Assembly (NCBI GenBank): GCA_030248215.1
Contig: JASANG010000295.1
Coordinates: forward strand, 248,001 to 312,000
DNA length: 64,000 bases
Direction of reading: 5' to 3'
Source of the DNA: Enoplolaimus lenunculus
Lineage: Eukaryota
Made by a program: the position numbers and the translations under genes. This document shows, one piece after another, positions 1-13,910 of this stretch. The notes beneath the pieces were generated by a model. It worked only from the letters and a program-made list of their open reading frames with translations, did no database searches and had not been told where the DNA came from. Position 1 is the stretch's first letter, and each line of letters opens with the position of its first letter.

Positions 1-496
1 TATATGAACAGCGTAGAAGACAGTCCCTCCTTTGAATTTTAGGCACAAATTCATTTAGCAAAATGCAGATTAGAAGTGATAACAATCTGTATTAGCTTCA
101 AATTGGATTGTTAACGTAATGCGAGAAATGAGGCATAGTTAATAAAATTTTGTACCATTTTACTAATCATATAAAAGCAAAAAACCAGCACTGAACAAAA
201 TTGTACTACACCAATATAATAATCCACCAGGCATATATGAAAACATGAAACGAAATTGCTGCCTACTGATTAATGAACTGAATAAACAGAATTGAGTAGT
301 AATTTAAATTATCAAACGCTCTTAATTATACTCGCCAAGCGAGCATTTTGCTCCGAAATTTGTGTTTGCGTTTCCCTCTGACAGAAAGTTGTTAACAAAA
401 ACGTTAAGCCAAAACGCGTTTATTCACAAGCAAACATTCGATCAACATTGCACTTCTCGTTATACATGTTTCATTTCAGTCTCTAAAACGGCGATT

Positions 497-3400
497 CTAC
501 GCAATTCCAGAGTCCAAAATCAGCAAAGGTGCAACCGTAGGTCTTCCATGTGCACATTGAAACGGATTGTAGCACCGTGCTAATTTGTGAATCAGTTCTT
601 CACACTGCAAATTCGACAACATGGCACCAAACTTGATGGCACCTTAAACCTTAATGAAAAGTGCAAATCAAAATTGCCGCTAGTGGCATATTATTATAAT
701 ATACCTAATGCAAACTAAAACACGAGTAAAAATACCAGCATTTACGGCGCTTAAATAAAAAACAAGACAGAGGCTTGCTGTGTTTAATAGAATGAGGCAA
801 GCTATCTGTAAATCAATTTTTCAATGCAACACCGCACCATGTGTTAAACAAAACTTAGGAGGGGTAAAAATTGAGAATGAAAGTATGTTTTACCCCAAAT
901 TGAATGTGAAATACAACTTTGACAGCTTGCGCGAACGCTGATTCAAACTTAAGAAACTCTAGGCGAATACTAAAACAAACACAGTCAAATCTAACTCACA
1001 ACGGCAAGCTTTGTAACACAATGTTTCTTGAATAGTATGTGGCAGCGTAGGCATAGACCCGTGACAACCTTGTATCATCTGAAATTTTTAGTTCTCCTCA
1101 ATGTAACGCAAAATATGTTAAGTGAAATTAAACTATTTGACAATATAAAAGGCGAGCAGTGTTGCGGTATCAAGGGCGTTGTCATAAGCTAAGAGGTCAG
1201 TCACCCCTAGTTGTGATTTTTGTCCAGCAGTTGTGATTTTTTATCAAGTAGAAACACAAGAAAATTTGTTCAAAAATTTGGCCCCCACAACATAGATCAG
1301 GGGCGGACCGTTTTTTCTTGGGACTGCAATAGAGTATGTTTACGTTCGACACTAATTTTTTGGCTAGGCTTAGGATAATAGGCTTGCCCTTACGCTTATT
1401 CTTAGACTTAGGAATATGCTTATGCTACTGCTACGACCCTGTTCGATACAATGACCCAAATTTTTATTCAGCATAAGCCTCTCTTCCCAAAACCCGTCTT
1501 CGTCCATGTTATAGTCGCGGCAATTGCAAGCATTACATCCAGCGAACATATGTAGAATATGAATCATTACTTAGTTAATGTTCAATCGCAATTTAAACCA
1601 GCCAATTTAATTTTACAGCAAAACTTACCACCACAATTTCTTGAACTATCCTTTGTGTATCTTTAGTCAGCAAGTCTAAATCACCATTACGCCTTTCATA
1701 CAGACACGTTGGCACTGCGGTCAACTGAATACTGGTTCTACACTTGTTATTAAAACTGAATCCACATCGTTCTAAAAATAAAAATACACAGAAAACTTTA
1801 TTATACAAAAATGCATCAGAAAGTAAAGATTTTGAAATTGATATTATATTCAAGAAATATACCGTTTCAAATGCGAAACTAATACCGACTGTCGGTTGTT
1901 TTTAACGCAATCGCTCCCAAACACGAATTATACTAATCGTGATTTACCATCACCATTATCGCATCTGAAGTCAAGATTGCGTAGTGATAAATCGCGAATG
2001 CAAACGGAATAAACGCAATGGCAATAGCCGTAGTTTAATTTTATGTCCGTACCTGATACGTCATGAAACAAATTTTGAAACATTTGAAGGCGGCAACCAC
2101 TTTTGTACTCAAAAATATAAGCCACGCTTTCAAACGTACCCAGTCTTGGACAAAACAACTCGTACAGCCGGCGTTCATGATCTTTGAGGTAAATCGTTAT
2201 AGGTTTTTTGACAGCTGTGGTTGCCAGTGAATCGAAATTCATGTAGCCTGTGTAAATATTGCGCGTTGGAGTATAGAAATTCCCGATTTAGAAACTTACA
2301 CTGCAAAATATATCCCTCACTTTATAGGGGTGTGTTAAAATCTGAAGTATGCAGTAAAACTGCATTATATTCTGCTTAGCACGCCTCATTTATTTCTTAA
2401 AATTCAAAAAATAAGGAGACCAAACTCCAATAATAAAATCGTTATGGGGTATTGTGTCAAGGCAACCCGCACTGGTACATTTTGTACCACATTGAATTAG
2501 TTAAGTTGCATATACATGTCTACATTCATGATCACCGAAAACCGAGGCAGACGAAATCGTATTAGTTTTGACGGTTGGCCACTGTACACTGGGCAGTCAA
2601 TAAGCGTGGATCAGAAGGATCTAGCAATAAAATTACATTTTCTAACTCACAAAACTTAATTCTTATCATTAAAATACATCAACTTAAAAAAATGTCGGAT
2701 TTTTCACCCACTTCGATCAAGGATTCTTTATTACTCGTTTGCCTATACCTCTCCAAGTTTAACATCCTAACTGCGCTCCTGATTACTTCTCAATTTTATG
2801 CCGAAAAGTGGTACAGTAGAAAATACAAGTACAGCACTAAATCAGACACTTACTACTATAAAAAGTTGCCTGATCTAAGTAAGTTAATATGGATTTTGCA
2901 TTATGAAACAAGTTGCGCATTTTGAAGTTGATAGCTTAAGTAATGTTTTAAATATAACGTACTTTGCTGAGCAGATTCGTACCGAATTCTTTCGTCAGCA
3001 GCATGCTGGTCGACCAATGCAATTAAATCATACCCAGCTGTAAAATACAACTCTTTTCTCACAGTGCGCGATTATAAAAAATTAGCTTCAATAATCTAGT
3101 GAAAGCTTGTATCTTAGAATTCCTCACGTTATCCATTTCTATATAACAAATTCTTCGTAAGTTATCACTAATAAATGTTTCATTAAATTAAATTTTATTT
3201 CAAATGCATATTATAAAACTTCTTCAATATTTCCATTAAAAATAACAGCTCTTACTGAACTAAACTCAGAGAAACACACTCACAATCGTTGTTTTCTGCT
3301 GAGATAATACAAGCAATAAAAGAGCAATCAACCTGTCCAATAATCTGAAACCAACCAAAACCTAGCATTTCAAATATTGCAATACTGCACGGCAAAAGTT

Positions 3401-6400
3401 TTTGAGGCATAATCTACCAAAACATTACATTACGCAGTGACTAAACAAAATAATAATCAAGTAATGTACAAAATGCTAAACGCTGACCAATTACAACTGC
3501 GCTGTTTTGTTTTGTCTAAAATGACTTATATATTTGTATGCATAAAACTTCATTTCCAATAGATTGCGTCTCAACGAAGAGATAAAATGTACCTTTGCGT
3601 CCTGAAAACTTCTTTTATACAGTTTCAGTCGACAACGTTTGTTTTCTTCGAACCTGGTATCTTTCTTTCCAGATTCTACTCCGATGCGCTAAAAACTACA
3701 GATACCAAAATTAGGCATTAATCAAGAAATCAGCGCAACATGCAGAACATAGAAAGTACAGGAATTAATTACGCAAAACAGCCTTCATATGGCTGCAAAA
3801 GTTTTCAGCATGTCGGAACAATTTGGGTTACATGCCCGTGACACAAGTCACAGCCTGAACTGTCTGAAAGGTTTCCAAAGCAAATTATACAGTTTCTCAG
3901 CTTTTAATACTAAATATATTCATTTGTATACAATTCAAAATCCACTAGAACTAAAACATAATCCTCACACTTTGTAAAGTTTTCCATGTTTTGCATAGGT
4001 GCGGCGCAAAATTTACAGCTAATTGTTATACCACATTCCAATAAAATGCTCGCTTGCCCTTACAAAATAACAACAATATAGCTTCTAAGCTTAAACTACC
4101 TTTTTCGCGTGTTCCATACCGATCAAGTCTTCCAGCGCTGAAGATCGCTTTTCAATAAACGTTGCTAAAATTGTTATATAAACACAGTATTATTTTGCAT
4201 TATAACCTCAGTAAAAAGCTAAAGTATGCAATTTACGACGCAAGCATGTCGTCAGAAATCTAAATAAATAAAATATCGTAAAGCATTGTATTAACTAAAA
4301 ATTTTCCTTATGCATCGACATTACCATTAATATAATCGTCAGTTTTTGTACAGCTTTGTTTTGAAAATTGATATCTTTTCTCCGCAGATCTAGGACGGTA
4401 GAAAAACTTTGCGCCGCTGTTTATTAAGTCTAAAAAGTAAAATTATTTTTTACATATTATTTTATTTATATATTGTAACCTGTTTTTGGGTCAATTGAAA
4501 AATATTACATTGCTCTATCTCGTGTTACGCAGCACTCAGTATTCATCTTTTTGCATGATGTAGGGTCCAGTATATTAAATTACAATTAATAACACCTGTT
4601 ACTGCTTAACGATATTTTTGAAAGGAAGATAACCACAACAGCTGCAATAAAATACAGACCCTGCAAATAGGACTCTACATCGAATTTACTTCAAACAGCA
4701 CAAATTTTAAATTACTGATTCCAGCATTTAGCACATTACCTATAAACTATTGAAGATAGCGTTTCATACGTTTATTAACAATATAAGCACAGATTCCCAA
4801 ATGCTTAATAAATCTAACACCAGTTAGAGATAAGTTTTAAAACAGACGAACACATGCAGTTATGCACATGAAAACTTATGCAATTGTATGGCTTGCCAAG
4901 CAATCTAAATGTGAGTAATTTTGATGCTAACCATTCGCTGATTTAAAAAAATACAAGACCTATCACCAACTGATGATAGGTGGTACAAATACAGTCACGG
5001 TCAGAATTAAGGCAGTGTCGCAATCAAACGCATTTTATTGCGTTTGCGATTTCAAAATCGCGATTGGATTTGCTTTCGATGGCGATTACGTTTCAATCGC
5101 AATCGAAAGCAATCGCGTTGGCTCGCGATGCTAGGGTCGCTTTCAAACGCAGTTTAAGATTCGCTTTCAATCGCAATTGAAAAATAGCTTTAATTTCATA
5201 CAGTTGTAATCAGAAGCGCAGGCAGAGGGGCATGCACGGTGCGCTAATCATACTCCCACCGAATAATTAGCATAACTATAACTACAACACGTTAGTTTTT
5301 TTGTTGAGCGCGTTTATCACTTTCGAGCGTTTGCGACTGCGTGCATTTGCGATTTTTCGCGATTGCGTGCGTTTGCGATTGTGAGCGATTGCACGTTTTT
5401 GCGATTGCCTGCGTTTGCTATTTCTTGCGACTGCGTGCAAATGCGATCGCGTTTGCCAGTGATCTCGTGTCACTCTCGATTTGCGTTCGATTGCGATGGC
5501 ATATTAATTCTTACCTTGACTGTATTTGAGAATACGTGCAATAACCTTAGCACTAACAGTGGAGTACCAACAATTTTAATCAGTAAAGTGGCCGACACCA
5601 CAAATACGGCTAAATTATTAACTCCTGAAGAAAAAGTATCGGCAAACAATTAACAGTATTTAATAAGGCAGCGTACTAGCTGACAGTAATAGGTGCTGAT
5701 AGGATTGTTGCGTTGCTAACCTGTACCCCTTGTAAAACACGCCTACGAGCATTGTAATAAACATAGGCTCTACACATTAGAATTTCACCTTCTGCGTTCT
5801 ACACACCTTCAGATTTATTTGCATCGAAATACGGTGACTTTGGTGTAATAGTTGCGCTAGAGTCTTTAACATATTCAGCCGATTGCGAACAGTTTTTGAG
5901 CGACAGTGCAGCGAATTTCGCTGACACATCTGGCGACAACATATTGCTTGTATCCGTCCATGTATGACTTCGGTCAAAGCAGTGACCATTAAACGGCTCG
6001 GCCGAACAGTTACTTGATGATCATGAAAAAGAAAGTTAGAGCACACGTGAATTCAAAGATTTCATAAACATTTGATGATTGTGCTGACTGTAGTTATTTC
6101 TTGTCACCAATGTGCGAATGGTGCATGACAGCACACAGACGTTTGTGAAAATCCAGCGCAGCTCAGAAGGTACAACAGAATATCTTGGTGATAAGTGAGC
6201 GCTACACACAGTGAAAAACGCGGTTTCAGCCGCATTCAGATTGATGTTAGAATTTGGAAACAACTCTATTCCGAATTTAAATTCCAATTTGTGCAGAAAA
6301 CCAGTTATTCAAATCGTTGACATGCAAATGTTAAAATATCACTATGCACAAATTTTGAAAAACTCAAAAAAATGTATACGACAAAACTTGAAACAGTTTC

Positions 6401-9400
6401 AGTTTCATAACATGAAATTGTATTTCTTCCAAACGACACGATCCTACTCCGATACATATCCTCGCTCTTGCTTACCGATTTCTGGCGACATTATGGAATC
6501 CTGACGAACAACTCGCCATTCACGCTGATCTGCTGCTGATTCCATCCAGTTTACGGTTTTCGATTCAAAAATTTCACACATTGTATTTACGCCAGGTGCA
6601 CCGTTACCGTCACTTGAATCTTGTCTCTGTGACAGCACGTCACCATTACTAGCAGGTGAAATAGCAGATCTCATCTGAGAATCAACATCATTTTCAGAAC
6701 ACCCAATTTCAAATGGCTGAGTACACAAAACTGTTTCCACACGCGCACACAAATTAATACAGACATCATCAACCTTGCTTGGGTTACCATTACTACTGTC
6801 CGATACCTTGCCTCGAAACCCTGGCAAACTAAACTTTCCGAATCCAAGGCTGCCTGTGCCAACAAATCCTGCGTCCATATTTTTCTTATAAATCTGGGAT
6901 TTCAAGCTCGAATTGAACTCGTGCTTCGAACCAGTGTCCAAATTCGGTATACTCCGCTGTCTACTGCAATGGAGTTGATCAGCGCAGCTTTTATGTAGCA
7001 CTGGAAACAGTGCCCTCCTAGCGTGGCCCGCAACCGATCTAGCAGTATGAGACAGGGCACTGCTACTTTCCAAAAGATTATCGATAATCATTTGGTCCAG
7101 CGGGATCATTAGACTGCGCCTGACTTTTCTAGGATCTAAAAAAGTAATAACCACATGGTACATTTTCAAAAATAATAACCTGCAGTTCACAACTTGAAAA
7201 TTTGAACCTCTAAATTTAACCGTATAATATTACACCCGAAAATGTGTTTCCGATACAAAAATTTGAATTTTTGACAGCTTGGCCGCGGGAATAACCAAAA
7301 GGGTGAAAAGAGGGTTGCCCTGTATAAACTTTCAAATACATGGATGTCATATTATGCAACTTGGAAAAGTTCTCAAAACGTTTGAACACAAATCGCAAAA
7401 CAGGGCTTGATCTGTAAACCTCTTGCTACGCCCTTGTATAGATAGGAAATTTTTTAGTTTCAACTTCTGCCATTTCGAAAATGCGACTGCGCCCAGGCAA
7501 TTAAGATAGTAAAATCCTGTATATTCTAAAGCCGCAATTCAAAATTTCAAATCAGCAGTTTTAGATTCCTACGGAACATTCACAATGGAAGCAATTTGCT
7601 GAAAAATGACCTTATTTTTGCAGTTCTACAAATATTTATCCACTAACACTTACTTGCAGCATCAAAACAAACTCTGTTCGGAGTAACTTCTCTCAGCCGT
7701 TTTTTTCTTATGGAATTCTTCGCCACCTTAAGTGTTTCGTTTGGAATTAGTGTAACACAACCCACTTGATCCCACTGATTTTCTGTCGAGCTATCTCGTT
7801 TCGCGATTAAATCAGACAAAGAAACATACTGACGCACCTGTTTGTTGTCTAAAGCCACCATATTACTCCTTTCGTTAAAATGAGATTGGTTAACAATCCT
7901 CTTAAAACTGTCGAATTGCGCAAAAGGCAGTTTCTGCAACCCCTTTTCATCAATTTTCGCATTAAACTTTTGCGACTTTAAAGCTTCATCATGTTTGCGA
8001 TCATTTGTCTTAAGATCATCGACATTCAAAGAATCTTCGGATGTGTTCTTTTTCAGTTTCCCTTTAAAATCGTCCGTTAAACGCTTATTAAGTTTGGTGC
8101 AGGTACTGTTAAAATAGCCTTCACTTTTTGCGCACGAGCCATTTAGAATCTTAAATTGGTCTTGCTTTACAATACCCTGCCCATCAAGAAAATGTTCCGA
8201 AGACAAACGCCCACACTGCAAGCCGACACAGCTGCTATATTGGTTAGTTTGATTTGTGGTAACCTCGTCCGATTCAGTTAAGCATTCTGGAAACTTGGGG
8301 GTAATATTTTCAGGCACATCTTCCGATGATAACCCAATCGAATTCTCGTTACGGTTTAAAATATCTTCTCTGCGCACAGGTTTGGACGCAACCATTGCTT
8401 CTGGGAATTTGTTTATGGCCAAGTTTTCCTTAGCTGTGTCGCGAGCAACACCAAGTTCGCTAAAGTCGTCACCTGCAATACAACGAGAAATAATACTAAA
8501 GACAGAAAAATAACTGATACGATGTCAGTCAAAGCGTTGCATTCCAGTACTAGAAATTTTTTTTAAATGAGTTCAATCGTTTGCAAAACTCGGTGTCCCT
8601 AGCGTTTAGAATTAACTAATTTACATATTTAAAGTAATAAAACAGACACTCCATGATGCGCCCGTTGTATTATTTTTCGTTCTGTAACCGTGTCTTGTGT
8701 GCTTATATATCCAATATTGTATAAGAAACCTGATCATGTATAAATAAACTTACGGAAACCAAAATTACTTAAAAATGTGAATATCTCATATTTTTTACCA
8801 AAGTTCTATCCAGAGTAATTTGCTAAAATTACGTATGAGTTTCATTCTTAAAACGTAAGCACTGAAAATGTCACAAACTAATAAAAACGATACAAAAAGT
8901 CATTAAGACTAGGCTTCCAACCGCTTTGTGAAAAATTTTAAAATTCAAATATTCTTTTGACTTACCATCATGGATAAATGAAATTTCAGTTGCTAGCTTC
9001 TTCGCTTGCAACCATGTTTGAATTTTTTCACACAACAGCGCCCTGTGAAACACTGAGCGAACAAACAGACGTAAATAAATTTTTTAAAGCAAAAACCCAA
9101 TACATGTTCTATGCATGCTATCGAGTCTTGAAGTACTACTCTGATATTTTGTAGAGCTCACGATCATTTTGTTAACATTGTGTTAATTTAAAGAATGCAT
9201 GATGTAAAATCTACGTTTTTCAGCATCAAATTAAACTGCACAAACCACTGAACCTCAGGTATACCATAGCGCGCAGACTTTAAATACAGTATATACCTCA
9301 CTGCATTCCAGTGCGCGCATCGAAAGCCTGTTTCGCCATTTAGCCGAGATGAGTTGAGTTCAACCTCAGTAGAAGGACATTCCAATAATAGCACAAACAC

Positions 9401-12400
9401 CGCATGCAGTGACTGGCCGCGGCCAGCTCTAATGATTCCTGCAAAAACAATAGGGCTAACCGACACAAGTAGTATACTAAATAAATTTCAATTTGGGATT
9501 ATGCATAACGTATTACATGATAAGTTTAGCTTCATTATGCCGCTATTTCGGCAGCAAAAATTCATAACAAGCATCAAAAAATATCCCAATCTAAACAATA
9601 CTAGTACGGAATTTGCGTTCCGTACAACAAATAATGACATGACGGCCGATCATAACTGCACACTCACCTAATAAAGATTCTCCTGACTATGTATGTAACG
9701 ACAAACGTAGACAAAAAGCTACAAAAAAATGTACTAACTTGGTTTGACAATGCTGCTATTTTTTAGTTCTGATCGAATAACGTCCTGAAGTCTTGACTGC
9801 AGCATCGGATGTGAATTTAAGTACGCAAACTGCAAATGAGGATACGAAATACCCTGAAATGCAAAAACGCTAGAATCGGTAAATTATAAATGCACAGTTA
9901 AAGTATAACATTAAAATATAATACAATGAACACCTAATTCAGGTACCATGCTCTCATTAGTTCCCCCATCATGAGAGCTGTAGCTGAAGTTTTGCCTACT
10001 TTTTCCGGATCATCCCAGCACAAGTTTCCCGAAGCTACAGATGAGTGAGCAACAAACAGCGCCTGGTCCAGGAGCTACAGTTGCCGGAATGCGGAGGAAA
10101 GTACTGCGAAAGCCCAAGCATTTTAACTGCATGTATTCCAAGTTCAAATTTTATAAACACTTTGACCACGTATTATCAACATACCTTATCTGATATCCAC
10201 AGATTGAACGATGCATACTGATTCTCGCCCGTAACATTATAAATGCATGCATTATTGCACAACACATCAGGGAATAAAGCTAAAAATCTGTCCAGTAGTG
10301 AGTTTGTAGAAAGAGTTTGCAGAACCACTTTTCCTTAAAAAAACGCAAATTAATATTAAAGCAGACTGCAGAAAATAGCTGATACAGTGTAAAATTAACA
10401 GTAAAATTATGAAATTGCAATGGTACTACAAAATGATAAGTTAAGAACTGCCAGTTTTGCTCAGACTGAAGAGATGAAAAAGCTGTTTGCCTTACGCCTT
10501 TTAAAAAGATTCTGAGTTAATAGTGTCAAAATAAAGCAGGTGGTACTAATATTATGCCGATACTTTAACAGCGTGTCAAATGCCGTCACACAACAACTGG
10601 ATTAATGCAATAGAATGAGGCATATACTCAAGCTTAGATTTAGCTTACGCCTAAGCCTATGCCTAAGTTTAGAATTAGGAAAATGCACAATTAAATGGGG
10701 CACACTACTTTTGCTTTCTATCAAATTAACAGTATATAGTGTGAAGGGAAAGTAAACACGAAGCCTCACCCGTATCTTCGTTTCGCAGCGTAAACGATAC
10801 ATTATGATAACGAATTGAATATGCCGTTACAATAGCAATGATACTTTCCCATTCCAATGCCGATTGACAACCTACAACAGCTAAAAATAAGACATTGTTG
10901 AATAGCTTCTGTAAAGAATAACCAGTAAATCTATATTAACAAGAGTGCATGATACCCTTTAACAAGAGTATGCAACTGGGTACATTTTATGTAGAAAAAA
11001 ATGTACCCAGCGCGCGTTGCATTTTTGGCTTACCCCCCCCCCCCCCCGTATTTGGCGGGGGGGGGTCAAAATCTCCATCAATGTTGAAATTCATGTGCTA
11101 TTGTATATACTAAAATGTGGTCCGATTATATTTTCGGTGTTGGCTGGCGGATACACGTGTAAAATGAACGTAAAATTGACCCCCCACCAAAATGAGGGGG
11201 GTTGGCCAAAAACGCAACACGTGCCGGTACATTCTTTAAAATACAGAATGTACCCAGTTGCACACTCTTGTTAGAGTGATCATCCACTCTTGATATTAAG
11301 AAAGCTAGAAAGCATAAATACGTAACTTGGACAGCATTCCAGCTGTTCTTGACATGTTTTAAAACATCAAGAAGAAAAAATACGCACGCAAAATTCGTAA
11401 AAAATACGTCACAAGTTCAATGCCAACATGGCGCGTGACATTCCTCATTTTCAAAAGCTACCTACTTTTTTGCCTGACTGGCACACGCGAGAATATTCCG
11501 TGCAACTTGACAGTTGTTCCGTCGACATTTCGCGCAACCGTTGCAAATTTAGTCTGAAACAAAAACATTATATATGGCTAAGCTACAAAACTGACTAGAA
11601 GAAATTTGGTGTTAACAATAATAAATACGTTATAATTGACCGTTAAAACAAGCTGTAAAATATTAAAACAGCAGCGTTACAAAAATAAACCAAACGGCCG
11701 ACAGCATTCCGTGAGCCAGCAAACACATATCTTGAGAAATTATCGAGATATAATTGTACTAGCATCGATTACAGAAAGAACATTTTTTCTTTTCAAGCTG
11801 TTGAAAAAATTGCTCACTTGCTGGGGCAACATTATTTTAACAGATGCATCTGTTGCATAACGCGTTTTGGTAATTAATTTCATACTCGAACACAAATATC
11901 GACAACTGACCAGCGATGGCTGACTGTTTGAGCTGTTGCGTCTGAAACCAAAGCAAACCTAGAATTAAGCCCAAATTAAAGTATTCTGAAATTTCCAGTA
12001 TTTGTATAATTAATAAATTCTGGCGCTAAATTCACATCGGTTCAAGGTTCCGATTGGTGTTCACATCAACAGGAAGAATCGCGAACAAATGTATACTGTA
12101 ACTTTAGGTGTATGCAATTACATCAAGTCAACCTATAACGAAATTTCATGAAATTTTTAGCGTAGGAAACCAAAAAACAAAACAATAAAGAAACCTACAT
12201 GTCAAGTATAAATTAAAAATTAAACTTATGGTCCTGAATTAAAAATGACCATAAGAAAATTATTAAATGCAAGAGATGCTTTTTATTTTGAAATTAGTTT
12301 CAAATGTCAATTAGATAAATAAATTTTACGCATTTAGCCCTGTTCCCATATGCAAGTTTTTGCGGGGTGAACTCGCAGCTGCAACTTGTACAAGTTTCTT

Positions 12401-13910
12401 ACAGCTGCAACTTGCACAAGTTCCTTCCAGCTGAAAGTTTTTGTAAGGAAACATCATTTTCATTCTGAATAATTTGCAACCGACTGCGATAAATATCAAG
12501 CATAAGCTAAAAATTATGCATGCAGCAAATGATGATGAATTAATTCGACTTGCAACGCTATTTCATCTTGAATAAATTACCCATGCAAGTTCTTCTAATA
12601 AATTTTTGAAAAAACTTGCAGCTACAAGTTTCACCTGCAAAAAACTTCACGCGTAAAGAACGCTCTGTTCAAAATTTCTTGACTTGATAACGCTTTTATG
12701 CCTATACAATTTCTGTTTAGTGTTTAAAAATAAAAACGATACCCGTCCCAATCGCTGTAGACTTCGAAGTATCAAACAAGTTTGCTATTCGAATTAATTC
12801 AAGCTTCTTGAATAAATCCAAAGGTTTGAATTAATTCAGAAGCACTCAGCGACCCGTCTTCGGATTGGTCAATCAAAATGCAGGTTTAAAAACTTCAAGC
12901 GACTTGCAACTGCGTTCACATGTATGAATTAAATTTAATAGCACGAATTCCAGTGAATAATTTGCAGCTGCAAGAACTTCAAAACTGTGTTGCATATGCA
13001 AGTTTTTTTGCAAAAATTTGCACGTGTCAATAGGGCTAAACCGAGAACTTCTTATATGAGAAAAACATTAGATTATACTAAACAACATATCTTTATCAAT
13101 AGAAACATAAAACCTGTCTCCCGCACTACGCAGCGTTTGCTCGTCCAATCCGGTGCCGTTATCGTACACAGTCAACTGGAATTCAGATAGCTTTAGTCGA
13201 ATCGCAACGCATTTTGCTGACGAGTGAAATAACGAATTTCGAATCAATGCTTCAATTACTAAAAGTTTTCAGTTTTTACTCATCAAATTAAGAGCTAGGT
13301 AAACGTTCCAATTTTTCGCACAAAAGCTAACTTTAACCAGGGTCGTACCTAGAGTTGGTCGGGCCCCCTCCGAAAACTAGCCTTCGGGTCCTCTAGACTA
13401 TAAATAGTTTGTAATCAAACTCTTAAGAAAACGAAAACTTAAATTTTGGAATACTGAAGTTTTTAGGGTGATGGAGAGCTGAGCACGGCCCTGACTATCA
13501 CAGCAACCGAACAACTGCTGAAAGCGTTTTTGCATAATGCAATGTTTGCGTTCATCAGTTCGTTTTGCCAAATTCACTACAACACAAATTTGAATAACAA
13601 TTGTTTCCAAGAAAAATTCCATTTCAAAAATACGATCATATTTTTGCCCTTCATGAGCGCAGCTGACCTGCCAAACCTATGAAATAACAGTTCTACATAA
13701 GTTACTAGTTAAAAATACAAAAACCATACTGAAGCATAATATTATCCTGCTGTATGCAAAGCTAAATTCAAACTGTAAGCCTACCTGATGCTCCCCGTTA
13801 TCTAAATAGTATAAAATTTACATACTTGAGCACACAGACTGAAATTTATTGCTCGCTTCAACCATAATCGAGTCGCTTTGAGACATTTCGCACAGGTTTC
13901 GTGAACTCAT
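497..13910 (-). CDS. MLH3: MutL-family mismatch repair / meiotic crossover endonuclease MLH3 (multi-exon)
   Basis: Hand-spliced GT-AG exons with consistent phases: 13910-13826, 13258-13114, 11941-11818, 11553-11466, 10871(or 10880)-10770, 10333-10185, 9853-9739, 9438-9297, 9042-8966, 8472-7654, 7135-6476, [possible unresolved exon(s) ~6270-5808], 4429-4325, 4164-4100, 3688-3593, 3344-3284, 3037-2963, 2247-2140, 1771-1629, 1078-1000, 642-497 (TAG). The translation has AKCVAIR..YDNGTG, GTTVKLHGIFSRVPVR, GQVDCSFIAC, DQHAADERIRYE, KACRCAIKFG and PFQCAHGRP, collinear with MLH3 as I recall it. AATAAA lies at 424-419. Confidence 0.93.
4987..5527. mobile_element. Foldback-type MITE with GCGATT/AATCGC internal repeats (MLH3 intron)
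   Basis: TIR AAATACAGTCACGGTCAGAATTAA / TTAATTCTTACCTTGACTGTATTT. It explains the spurious ORFs at 4980-5653. Confidence 0.75.
10938..11293. mobile_element. Palindromic MITE with CAAGAGTG repeats
   Basis: AACAAGAGTATGCAACTGGGTACATT ... AATGTACCCAGTTGCACACTCTTGTT. Relatives at about 14640-14990 and 60230-60530. Confidence 0.7.
12335..13038. mobile_element. MITE in MLH3 intron 2
   Basis: Imperfect TIR TAGCCCTGTTCCCATATGCAAGTTTTTGC / GCAAAAATTTGCACGTGTCAATAGGGCTA with internal TGCAAGTT/GCAGCTGC repeats. Confidence 0.65.

Noticed and set aside
5777..6504. Separate genes from ORFs 5777-6046, 6036-6287 and 6211-6504
   Set aside because: They lie inside MLH3. Part may be a linker exon (an open frame ends at a donor near 5808), but I could not reconcile splice phases, so it is left unassigned.
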